Positions 17,871-26,548 of a stretch of 64,000 bases of DNA are shown here, in pieces. Numbering within the stretch: the first letter of the stretch is position 1; each line of letters opens with the position of its first letter. The stretch is from positions 18,697 to 82,696 of the forward strand of contig JAJPIE010000029.1 of NCBI GenBank assembly GCA_021324935.1, read 5' to 3'. Source of the DNA: Acidobacteriota bacterium (GTDB lineage Bacteria; Acidobacteriota; Terriglobia; Acidiferrales; UBA7541). A program made the position numbers and the translations under genes. Under the pieces are notes generated by a model that was not told the origin of the DNA, ran no database searches, and was given only the letters and a program-made list of their open reading frames with translations.

Positions 17871-19273
17871 GGTGTTGTCAGCACCCCTGTCAATGTCTGC
17901 AGATTCGCCAGCGCCACCCGGTAACGCACGGCGCCGTCCTGGTAAGCCGCGTTGGCTTGCGCAAAGGTCGTCTGCGCGTCCACCACTTCCAAAACCGTCG
18001 CTTCCCCGCCCTGATAGCGCATGGTCGTCAGGCGTAAACTGTCAGCGGCAAGTTCCGAGGAACGCTGAAGCCCCGCAAGCTCGTTCAGGGAAGTCTCCGC
18101 TTCGGCGTAGAGCGAGCGCATTTCCGCGAGCAGTTTTCGTTGCGCGAAGGAAAGTTCGCGTTTGGACTGATCGCGCTTGAGCTGGGCTACGCGCACCTGG
18201 CTTTGCGTGGCGCCCCAGTTCCAAAGGGGAAGGCTGAGCGTGGCAAGATAGGATGCGCCGAGGTTGCTGAATTTGCTTCCATTGGGATTTGTCCCGTTCA
18301 TCGCATAGCGCTCGGCATCAATACCATAGAAATAATCGAAAGTGACGGAAGGCAGGTAACCCGCCCAAGCCCCGATGAGTTCGTGGCCCGCAGCTTGTGT
18401 ATCGGCCAGGGCGGCGCGGATATCCGGGTTGTTCTGCGCGGCCTGCGCTTCGAATTCCGGCTGCGGCGGCAACGCGACATTCGCGTGCAAATCGTCCGCG
18501 AGTTCGTAATTGTCGGTGAAGTCCGGGAAAAGCAGCACCGCAAGATCCAGCCTGGCATTCAGGAGTTGCAATTTCGCTTCCTGCAACTGGCGCCGCCGGT
18601 CCTGCGCCTGCAACTCGGCCTTGATGACGTCGGAGTGCGCCACTTCCCCGCCCTTTTCGAGCGACTGCGTGAGTTGAAAGAATTTTTCGCCTTCATCGGC
18701 GGTGCGCTCCGCCGCTTGCAGCTTCTTCTCCGCGGCGGCAGCCGCGAAGTAGTCCTGGACGACGGTCGCCACCAAGCCGCGCGCCGCGACTTCTGCGCGC
18801 GCCTTGGCCGCGGCCGCGGACGCCGCTGCACTACGGTACGATTCCCAGGCAGCGACACTGAGGGCCTCGTGCACATCTCCCTGGGCGACATATTCGTGAG
18901 GCGAATTGTTTGCGATAAACGCAATTCCCAGTTGACTGCCTGTAATTTGGGTGTAAAGAGCGGACGTGTTGAAATCGACGCTGGGCAACAGCGCGTCACG
19001 CGCCTGCGCTCGCGCCTCGCGAGCCACACCGGCATCGGTTGCCACCGCCTGGTAGGTTGGCTCATTCTTCTTCGCAAGCGCCAACGCTTCTAGCAGAGTC
19101 AACCTCACCGGCGCGCCCGGCGCGGGTTTACCGGCGGCCAATTGGACCTGCTTGGCCATCACCGCGGGTTTCGGCTGCGGTGCTTCAGGCTGCTGGGCCG
19201 CGGATTCCCCCGAAAAAGAGAGTCCCGCGGCGCAAAGCAGCAGAATCAATTCGACATGATGTTTCCGATGCAA
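17867..19273 (-). CDS. TolC-family outer membrane efflux protein
   Basis: LTLLEALALA..NEP, two OEP repeats, RYQGGEATVLEVVDAQ. Confidence 0.92.
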   Translation of the reverse strand: MHRKHHVELILLLCAAGLSFSGESAAQQPEAPQPKPAVMAKQVQLAAGKPAPGAPVRLTLLEALALAKKNEPTYQAVATDAGVAREARAQARDALLPSVDFNTSALYTQITGSQLGIAFIANNSPHEYVAQGDVHEALSVAAWESYRSAAASAAAAKARAEVAARGLVATVVQDYFAAAAAEKKLQAAERTADEGEKFFQLTQSLEKGGEVAHSDVIKAELQAQDRRRQLQEAKLQLLNARLDLAVLLFPDFTDNYELADDLHANVALPPQPEFEAQAAQNNPDIRAALADTQAAGHELIGAWAGYLPSVTFDYFYGIDAERYAMNGTNPNGSKFSNLGASYLATLSLPLWNWGATQSQVRVAQLKRDQSKRELSFAQRKLLAEMRSLYAEAETSLNELAGLQRSSELAADSLRLTTMRYQGGEATVLEVVDAQTTFAQANAAYQDGAVRYRVALANLQTLTGVLTTP

Positions 19274-19316
19274 AATGCTTCCCTCGAAAATTTATTTCGG
19301 AATGCCGGTTTCGGAC

Positions 19317-19688
19317 TTAGAGATTCGACTTGCCGGACTCCTGCTGCATTTCTTTCGATTCGCTCGCCGCGCTTTCCTTCGTCACACTGACGATCGAACC
19401 GTTGATGGCGTTCACCTGCACTTCGGTGATGTCTTTCCGGCCGGCAGGCCGAATGTCGAACGAGTAGACCAGCTTGCCGTGCTCTTTTTCAAGCTCTTCC
19501 TCGTCGATGACGCCTGGCGCCTTTTTCAGGGCGGCCGCCCGCGCCTCCTCCACGGAAATTTTGGCGTCCTTCCTGAGCGCGGGGGGAATTTTCGATTTTT
19601 TCGGAGTTTGCGTCTGCGCGCCAGAGGCCACGCAAATTCCCGCTGCAAAAGCCATGCAGAAAATCGCTCGTGTCCATGCAATTCGCAT
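19317..19688 (-). CDS. PepSY domain protein
   Basis: Signal peptide, then ISVEEARAAALKKAPG...ELEKEHGKLVYSFDI...EVQVNAINGSIV. ATG 19688. The ORF track extends upstream to 19850. Confidence 0.85.
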   Translation of the reverse strand: MRIAWTRAIFCMAFAAGICVASGAQTQTPKKSKIPPALRKDAKISVEEARAAALKKAPGVIDEEELEKEHGKLVYSFDIRPAGRKDITEVQVNAINGSIVSVTKESAASESKEMQQESGKSNL

Positions 19689-19785
19689 TTTGCTTCTTCC
19701 CGCCGGCGCCGCTCCATCCCAATTCAGGAAGCGGTTCGGCTCCTGTTTATAAGCCGAGATTAGAAAGGGTGAGATAAACGTACGA

Positions 19786-21258
19786 TTAATGGCCGGAAGG
19801 GCTCCCGGCAGGTGCCGGAAGGTAGGCCGTGAATGTGGATCCCGAAGCATCCGAGCGGGTCAGTTCCAGCCGGCCGTGATGCGCCTCGGCAATCCAGCGG
19901 GCGATGGACAAACCAAGTCCTGCGCCGCCGGTATCGCCTTCGCTTCGCGAGCGCGCTTTGTCCGCCCGGAAAAACCGCTCGAAAATTCTCGACTGTAGTT
20001 CCGCGGGAATCCCGGCTCCAGTGTCGATAACGCGCAGGACGTAATCGTTAGCCTCACGGCAGCATTCCACGAGGACTTTCCCGCCCGCGGGGGTGTACTT
20101 GATCGCGTTGTCAAGAAGATTGAGCAGCATCCGCCGCAACAAATCTTCGTCGGCTTGTACTGGAAGCTCCGGCTGGATAGTGGATGACAGCGAAATCCCC
20201 TTGGAGATTGCCAAAGAGCGCGTGCGCCGGAGGACGTCCGCCGTTAGTTCATCCAGATAAAGTTCCCGGATCTGCAAGGGGTACTGGCCGGCATCGGCCC
20301 GTGTGAGGGTGAAAAGATCTTCGATGATATGGGCCAGGCGCTGTGATTCGTCGCGGAGGATGCTCAATGTTTCGCGATATTCCTCGGCGGATCGCGCCGG
20401 CCGGGAGAGCGTCACTTCCGTTTCGCCTTGCAAAATCGCGACCGGGGTTCGCAGTTCGTGGGAAGCATCGGCCACGAAACGCCGCTGTTGTTCGAAGGAC
20501 TTTTCCAGCCGATCCAGCAATTCATTGAAGGAGAGGGCCAGGGTGCCCAATTCGTCGCGCGGATTGGAAACTTTCAAGCGATCGCTAAAGCGCGCTGCGC
20601 CCATTCCCCTCGCCTGCCGCGCCATATCCGCCACGGGCGCCAGGCTCTTTCTGGCCAAAAAATATCCGCCGGCGCTGGCTAGAAGGAGGGCGATCGGAAT
20701 GATCCAGAAGAAAATGTTCCGGATGTCCTCCATCATCTCATGTTGGGGATGAAGCGATTGCAGGACGATGAGTCTGGTGGCGCGATCATCTTGAGATAGC
20801 GGCCGCGCATAGCCGCGGAAACCGTTCCTTCCGCCTGGCACATCCTGATAGACCCCTCCTGCCGTTTTCAGCGGGCTTTGTGCCAGTCTCTGAAACGCTG
20901 CCGAGTCAAACATGTCCGGAGCAAATTTCTCGGCGCCACCCCGCACAGCCGGCAAATCCAAAGAGCTCAACAGGATTTTGCCGCCGCCATCAACGATTAC
21001 GTACACCACATCGCGGAAGCGATGTTCGAGCATTGCTTCGCGCGCGGCGTTTTTGATTCCGTCGGGTCCTTTGTCGTCCTTCAGTTCGGCGTTGAAAGTT
21101 GCAATGAAAGTCTCGCTCTGCTCCGAGAGATTGCTGTCGGTCCGCTCCAAACTGTTCCGCCAATAAAGAAAATAGGTGAGACCGGCGAGCAAAATCAGAA
21201 ACAACCCGAAAAGGGCGCTATACCAGACCGTCATGCGCGAGCGGACCGAGTCAAGCAT
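19786..21258 (-). CDS. HAMP sensor histidine kinase, second copy
   Basis: ADASHELRTPV, NLLDNAIKYT, DTGAGI, GAGLGLSI. ATG 21258 overlaps the end of the regulator gene. Confidence 0.92.
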   Translation of the reverse strand: MLDSVRSRMTVWYSALFGLFLILLAGLTYFLYWRNSLERTDSNLSEQSETFIATFNAELKDDKGPDGIKNAAREAMLEHRFRDVVYVIVDGGGKILLSSLDLPAVRGGAEKFAPDMFDSAAFQRLAQSPLKTAGGVYQDVPGGRNGFRGYARPLSQDDRATRLIVLQSLHPQHEMMEDIRNIFFWIIPIALLLASAGGYFLARKSLAPVADMARQARGMGAARFSDRLKVSNPRDELGTLALSFNELLDRLEKSFEQQRRFVADASHELRTPVAILQGETEVTLSRPARSAEEYRETLSILRDESQRLAHIIEDLFTLTRADAGQYPLQIRELYLDELTADVLRRTRSLAISKGISLSSTIQPELPVQADEDLLRRMLLNLLDNAIKYTPAGGKVLVECCREANDYVLRVIDTGAGIPAELQSRIFERFFRADKARSRSEGDTGGAGLGLSIARWIAEAHHGRLELTRSDASGSTFTAYLPAPAGSPSGH

Positions 21259-21982
21259 GGGATTTTTTGATGCCGGACGGGCTTTGCCCGGAAGCCTTTT
21301 TTGCGGACGACTCGTTTTCACAGAGCACGTAGCCGCTTCCACGTCGCGTTTGCAGCAGGGGCTTCCCGCCTTCGTCGCCCAGTTTGCGGCGCAAGCGATT
21401 CACGTAGACCTCAATAAGGTTGGAAAACGGGTCGAAGGTTTCATCCCAGACATGCTCGGCAATCTCCGAGCGCCCGATTACGCGCCCGGCATTGCGCGCG
21501 AAATATTCGAGCAGGGCATATTCCTTCGCAGTCAGGGGAATGGAGCGGTTACCTCGCTTTGCGGTCTGCGAGGCGGTATCGAGTTCCAGATCGCCTACGA
21601 TGATACGCGGCGGCCGCAAATCGCTTGGGCGGCGCAGCAGCGCGCGCAGCCGCGCCAGCAACTCCCGAAATTCGAAAGGCTTGGTTAGGTAGTCGTCGGC
21701 GCCGGAATCGAGGCCTGTGATGCGATCGTCCACGCCGTCGCGAGCGGTCAGCATGAGGATGGGCGTCCGCTTGCCGGCCGCGCGAATCGCTTGGCACACG
21801 GCGAGTCCATCCATGCCGGGAATCATGATGTCCAAAATGATCAGGTCGTAATCGTTGATCTCCGTCTGGTAAACAGCATCATTCCCGTTCTCCGCGATGT
21901 CCACGGCATACGACTCTTCCCGCAGGCCTTTTGCTACGAATCGTGCGATTCGCGCGTCGTCTTCGACCAGGAGCACTCGCAT
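21251..21982 (-). CDS. OmpR-family response regulator, second copy
   Basis: MRVLLVEDD, LIILDIMIP, GADDYLTKPF, NLIEVYVNRLRRKL, TRRGSGY. Confidence 0.95.
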   Translation of the reverse strand: MRVLLVEDDARIARFVAKGLREESYAVDIAENGNDAVYQTEINDYDLIILDIMIPGMDGLAVCQAIRAAGKRTPILMLTARDGVDDRITGLDSGADDYLTKPFEFRELLARLRALLRRPSDLRPPRIIVGDLELDTASQTAKRGNRSIPLTAKEYALLEYFARNAGRVIGRSEIAEHVWDETFDPFSNLIEVYVNRLRRKLGDEGGKPLLQTRRGSGYVLCENESSAKKASGQSPSGIKKSHA

Positions 21983-22067
21983 GCACGTATCATACGGCAA
22001 TTTCACAGCGGGGGAGCAAATGCCGCCCGGCGTCGCGCTGGGGCGGATGCAAGGAAGGAGTAGTCAC

Positions 22068-23387
22068 TTATTTGTGGCGAAATTCGATAGGGGCACGCAC
22101 ACGGTCCAGAGGAAAAACCTGTATTTGCCACTTCACGGGCACTGAAGTGGGCACAAAGCACATGGTCTTATCGCAAGCCTGGTATTCCAGTTTGCCAGTG
22201 ATGGAGATGATCTTTCCATCTTTTCCCAATCCGCTCCAGAACGACGAACTCGTGTTTACATTCACCTCCTGACTGACCCGAAAGGCTCCTTCGTACACTG
22301 GCACTTTTTCCTTGATTGCCGGCAGGTAGAGAATTTGCGACGCCGGGTACATCGGAGAACTGAGCAGGAAATCCGGCGAAGAATCGATCACGAGTTTGAC
22401 CGGCTTGTAACCCTGAGTCCCCGGGGCGTAGACGTGCACATCTGGAGGCAATTCCACCGCCGCGTAAACCGTGATGCGCGTCCCAGGTACGCCGGTACGA
22501 TCCGATTGCTCGAGGGACAGCTTCAGGTGTGGCGCCTCGATCGTGCCGACCACTTCCTGTCCCAGTTCCGGGAATAACTTGGAGAGAATGCTGTTACCCG
22601 TCAGACGTTCCCGATATCTCGGGTCAAAGAATTTTTCCTTGATGATTCCGTCAGGACCGATGAAAAAATAACCAGGTCGCGCGAACCCCTTTTGCATGCC
22701 CGTAGCTTCGTGATTGAAGACCCCGTAGGCCCGGATCGTGCTGGAATCCGGATCCGCGAGCATGGGATAAGTGATCTTGAAGCGACCCGCGAAGAACTTC
22801 AGGATGTCTTGCGAATCGTAGCTAATTGCCGCGAACTTGAGTCCCTGCTTTTCGAATCTTGGGATTGCACTTTGCAGCTGGACCAGCTGCCCTTTGCAGA
22901 AGGGTCACCAGTCCGCCGAACGGAAAAACAGCAGCACTGTGCCGTTCTTTCCCTTCAGCGATTCGAGCGTTTGTGCATTGCCAAATTCGTCCTTCAGCGA
23001 AAAATCGGGGGCTTTTTGGCCAACCTCAAGGCCGATGGCCATGGGCCCGCAGGACGTGACCTGGATCGTGTCGTCGTCGAGCGTGCCGTGAACTGTGACT
23101 GTGTCGCCCAGCTTCCCGGTGACTTTGTTTTGTGGCGACAGGCTGTACATCACACGGTTGGTGTCGTCGTAAAGCGCAATCTCCGCGCCAGGCACGTTCT
23201 TGAGGCATTCCGGCGACTCGCTGAACGCCTCATCCGCGTTACACGCGCTGGTCACCAGCACTCCGGACCAGAATCCGGGCTTGGATGTAGCGCCTTGATT
23301 CGCGAACGTGCTCGCGGCGAAAAAAACAACGGCAACCGCCGCCAGGCAGAGAATTTTCGAAGTGGACGTAAGCCGCAACGGTGTCAC
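22068..23387 (-). CDS. Exported selenoprotein (439 aa, Sec161): small Cys domain + AhpC/TSA thioredoxin-fold UxxC domain + DsbD-alpha-like domain
   Basis: ORFs 22905-23387 and 22068-22763 are in the same frame with no other stop between them. The read-through sequence is FFRSADW-UGA-PFCKGQLVQLQ...FAAISYDS...ITYPMLADPDS. UGA at 22905-22907 occupies the first Cys position of a CxxC motif and is followed by a SECIS-like hairpin. Sec signal peptide at the N-terminus and YQACDKTMC near the C-terminus. Confidence 0.85.
22866..22898 (-). promoter_or_regulatory. Bacterial SECIS-like element
   Basis: mRNA after UGA: CCCUUC-UGCA-AAGG-GCAGCUG-GUC-CAGCUGC-AAAG-UGCA. Perfect 7-bp upper stem, apical GGUC starting 21 nt after UGA, and a 4-bp lower stem. 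Confidence 0.75.
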
Positions 23388-23471
23388 TGATTCGACCGCC
23401 TCGATTCGCTCAAGTTCGCTCGCACTATACGCCTATGAATCAGGCCGTGCAAGTTGCGCGCCTAAATCGCT

Positions 23472-24401
23472 TCACATCGCGACCCAGCCTCTGAGAATTC
23501 CGTAAAGGGACAACGAGCCTACAATCAACCACAAAACTACACCAAGTGCCATCGGACGCCAGCCGACCTGTCGCAGCGTCTCCCGCGAGATGCCCGCTCC
23601 GATCAGAAAAAGAGTCGCCGTCAAGCCAAGGCGCCCCGCTTGAAAAAGCCAGTGATAACCCGTGGAAAGCATCGGCAGGTAGGTGTTCAAAACCGCCGCG
23701 AGACAAAAGAATAGAATGAACCACGGAAACTGAATCTTCGACTTGCTGTGCTTCAGCGCTGCGGTCACCAGCGCCAAAGGCACGATCCACAACGCGCGCG
23801 CGAGCTTCACCGTGGTGCCGATAATGAGCGACTCCGCGCCGTAGCGCGATGCCGCGCCGACCACGGAACTTGTGTCGTGAATTGCCAGAGCCGCCCACAA
23901 GCCAAACTGCGTCTGCGAAAGTTTCAGAAAGTGCCCGAAAGGAGGAAAAATCAGCAAGGCAACGGAATTGAGAACGAATACAGTCCCCAACGAAATGGCC
24001 ATCTCTTCCGCATCCGCATGCAGGATCGGGCCGACGGCGGCAATCGCACTGCCGCCGCAAATCGCCGTTCCGGTGGTGATCAGATAGCCGGAGTTGCCGC
24101 CCACTTCCAGCAATTTCGCCAAGGTAAGTCCAACCAAGAAAGAGAAGCTGATTCCCAGCGCCGTGTAAATGAACCCGTTGCGGCCGGCCTTCAGCACCTC
24201 GTGCAGATTCATCCCGAAGCCGAGGGCAATCACGGAGAGCTGCAGCAGCAGCCGCGCGCCGGTGCGGCTCTGTTTTGGGAGCGGATTGGTGAGAATTAGT
24301 CCGAACAGAATTCCCAGCGTCAGCGCCACCGGGGGTGAAATATATCCGCTGAAACATGCAACAAAAAGCAGGATGAAAAATACGATGCGCGCTGAATCCA
24401 T
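23472..24401 (-). CDS. YeiH / putative sulfate exporter (PSE, UPF0324) membrane protein
   Basis: Multi-TM protein with GTAICGGSAIAAV, AIHDTSSVVGA and TVKLARALW. Confidence 0.9.
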   Translation of the reverse strand: MDSARIVFFILLFVACFSGYISPPVALTLGILFGLILTNPLPKQSRTGARLLLQLSVIALGFGMNLHEVLKAGRNGFIYTALGISFSFLVGLTLAKLLEVGGNSGYLITTGTAICGGSAIAAVGPILHADAEEMAISLGTVFVLNSVALLIFPPFGHFLKLSQTQFGLWAALAIHDTSSVVGAASRYGAESLIIGTTVKLARALWIVPLALVTAALKHSKSKIQFPWFILFFCLAAVLNTYLPMLSTGYHWLFQAGRLGLTATLFLIGAGISRETLRQVGWRPMALGVVLWLIVGSLSLYGILRGWVAM

Positions 24402-24487
24402 GGACTCCTTTGAACTTTAGTGTGGTCTAGGTTCTTCTGCATCCTGCCGCGGAGTTTCGCGCGGCTTCGATAATATTCGGGCCATGG

Positions 24488-25192
24488 TCAGCCGTTGAAA
24501 TTTAAGAATATCGGCGACAATGGTTTTAACTGAAAGCACAGATGGTCACCCGCTTCCACCCAAATCGGCGGAGTGATCGAACCGGCGATGATGACCTCGC
24601 CCGCCCGCAGTTTCTCTCCGAAGTAGGAGAGCAGGTTGGCGACATGGCCGACAATCTGAATCAATTCTCCCGTTAAAGCCTCCAGATCAAAAGTGTCGGC
24701 AATCACAGCCTCATTTCGCTCCACGTGCGCTTGCAACCCCGTAAGTTTGCCGCCGGCGTAAGCTGTATCACACGCTCCCAGAGTCAGGTGGCGCTGATAG
24801 ATGTCCCGCGCGAGCGTTCCTTCCACATCTTCGGCTGGATGATCCACGTCCGCCACTTCAATCGCCGCGCCAAGTCCGGCAATCGCGGCTCGAAGACTCT
24901 CCCGGTCTGCGTTGGCTGCGATGTCCTTGCCGAGATAGACGGTCACCTCCGGCTCCGCGGCCGGCTTGGTCCAATCTGCCAGGGAAACCGTGGATCTCGA
25001 AGGAACGACGGCATCCGCCATGAGAAATCCCACCAGCGGCGCATTGATTTTCAACCGCTGCATTGCCGCGGGGCCGCCGAAAGCGAGCTTCCACCCGAGA
25101 GGCTTTTTGCCCTGCTCCAGCAACTCGCGACGCCAGCGCAACTGGCTCTTCATGCCGCTGACGATTCGCGGGTCTTCCCACGGAAGTGTCAT
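24488..25192 (-). CDS. 2-keto-4-pentenoate hydratase / fumarylacetoacetate hydrolase family protein
   Basis: GWKLAFG, AEPEVTVYLGKD, AAIEVAD, LRAGEVIIAGSIT. Confidence 0.8.
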   Translation of the reverse strand: MTLPWEDPRIVSGMKSQLRWRRELLEQGKKPLGWKLAFGGPAAMQRLKINAPLVGFLMADAVVPSRSTVSLADWTKPAAEPEVTVYLGKDIAANADRESLRAAIAGLGAAIEVADVDHPAEDVEGTLARDIYQRHLTLGACDTAYAGGKLTGLQAHVERNEAVIADTFDLEALTGELIQIVGHVANLLSYFGEKLRAGEVIIAGSITPPIWVEAGDHLCFQLKPLSPIFLNFNG

Positions 25193-25210
25193 CGCAAGCT
25201 CACTCTCCGC

Positions 25211-25612
25211 TCAGTAACCCTCGGGCGGAATTTCGTAACCGGCGGCCTCCAGCGATCCGGCGCCGCTCCATCCCCAGACGAGTACCACGTCTTCCTTGCC
25301 GGTGTTGTCGAAGCCATGCCAGTGCCCACGAGGCGTGAAAATCACGTCGCCCTTGGTGGAAGGCTCGCGGCCCGTGTCGGTGTAAATGTAACCGCTACCC
25401 TGGAGCACGATAAAAAATTCGTCGCAATTCGGGTGGCGATGCTTGTCGTGGCGCGCGCCTGGCGGCAAAACGGTCCAACCGATCAGCAATTTGTCGGATT
25501 GCACCGTTTTCTGATCGATCAGAAACTGCACCTGCATGTTGATCCAGCCTTCGTCTTCGCGGAGCCCCCCCACGCGCGGCACATCGCGCAGATTCGTTCG
25601 ATACGGCTTCAT
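25211..25612 (-). CDS. Cupin domain protein
   Basis: PPGARHDKHRHPNCDEFFIVLQG and PRGHWHGFDN metal-binding cupin motifs. Confidence 0.88.
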   Translation of the reverse strand: MKPYRTNLRDVPRVGGLREDEGWINMQVQFLIDQKTVQSDKLLIGWTVLPPGARHDKHRHPNCDEFFIVLQGSGYIYTDTGREPSTKGDVIFTPRGHWHGFDNTGKEDVVLVWGWSGAGSLEAAGYEIPPEGY

Positions 25613-26493
25613 GATGACATCCCTCCCATCCGTCGGTAGACCTCATATACCGTAACAAAATCGTGTTGCTGCAATCCCAGCCCCCGGCAGGCGTTCAGGA
25701 GTTCATTCGCCGCGGCGCCCAGTGGCACCGGCAGGCCCATTTTTCTGCCAAGATTCAGCGCCAGGAGCATGTCCTTCTGCTGCAGATCCACGCTGCCATA
25801 AGTTGCATCGGAAATGTGTCCTTCCAAAATCAGCGGCGCGCGGTAGGCAATCACCGGCGAAGCAACCACGCTCTTGAGCATCGCGTCCACGGCTACCTCG
25901 CGCGGCACACCGCCTTTTTCGGCCAGCGCCACGCCTTCGCAGAAGCCAATTACCTCGATCACCAGGGTCATATTCAGCGCCACCTTTAGCTGGATCGCCA
26001 GCCCTTGCGCGCCGATATATGTCACCTTCGGCCCGATCGCCAGCAACAAAGGCTGCACACGCTCGAACGCTTCCTGTGGGCCACCCGCCATCAGGGAGGC
26101 CTTGCCCTGTCCGATGGTGAGCGTCGTGCCGGAGATGGGCGTATCCATCATCGTCAGCCCGGCCTTGGCGAATTCCACGCCAATTTCACGGCTGACTTCG
26201 GGATCGATGGTGCTCATGTCGCAATAAATTCCGTCCTTGCGCAACCCGCGAATGACACCGTTTTCACCGAGAGCGATGTTTCGCACCGCATCCGAATCGG
26301 TAACGATCGAGATCACCACGTCCGATTCTGTGGCAAGTTCCCGCGGCGAATTCGCCCAGATCATTCCTAGCTTAAATAGCGGCTCGCCCTTTTCCTTCGA
26401 GCGGTTCCAACCGGTGACCTGGTGCCCCGCGGCCAACAACCGCGGCACGATGGCCTTCCCCATATCACCGAATCCAATAAAGCCGACCTTCAC
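25609..26493 (-). CDS. NAD(P)-dependent beta-hydroxyacid dehydrogenase (3-hydroxyisobutyrate/tartronate-semialdehyde reductase family)
   Basis: VGFIGFGDMG, DMSTIDP, DTPISG, MAGG, catalytic LK. Confidence 0.9.
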   Translation of the reverse strand: MKVGFIGFGDMGKAIVPRLLAAGHQVTGWNRSKEKGEPLFKLGMIWANSPRELATESDVVISIVTDSDAVRNIALGENGVIRGLRKDGIYCDMSTIDPEVSREIGVEFAKAGLTMMDTPISGTTLTIGQGKASLMAGGPQEAFERVQPLLLAIGPKVTYIGAQGLAIQLKVALNMTLVIEVIGFCEGVALAEKGGVPREVAVDAMLKSVVASPVIAYRAPLILEGHISDATYGSVDLQQKDMLLALNLGRKMGLPVPLGAAANELLNACRGLGLQQHDFVTVYEVYRRMGGMSS

Positions 26494-26548
26494 TGCACAC
26501 CTCCAGTTTCTGTTTCCGCGGGCCTGGGGGGATTTTCCAATGCTCTGA

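Noticed and set aside
22068-23387. Two separate genes (160 aa + 231 aa) or a nonsense pseudogene
   Set aside because: The frames are continuous, the stop lies exactly in the redox motif, a SECIS-like hairpin follows, and the downstream ATG 22763 falls mid-domain. A pseudogene remains possible only if the genome lacks sel genes.
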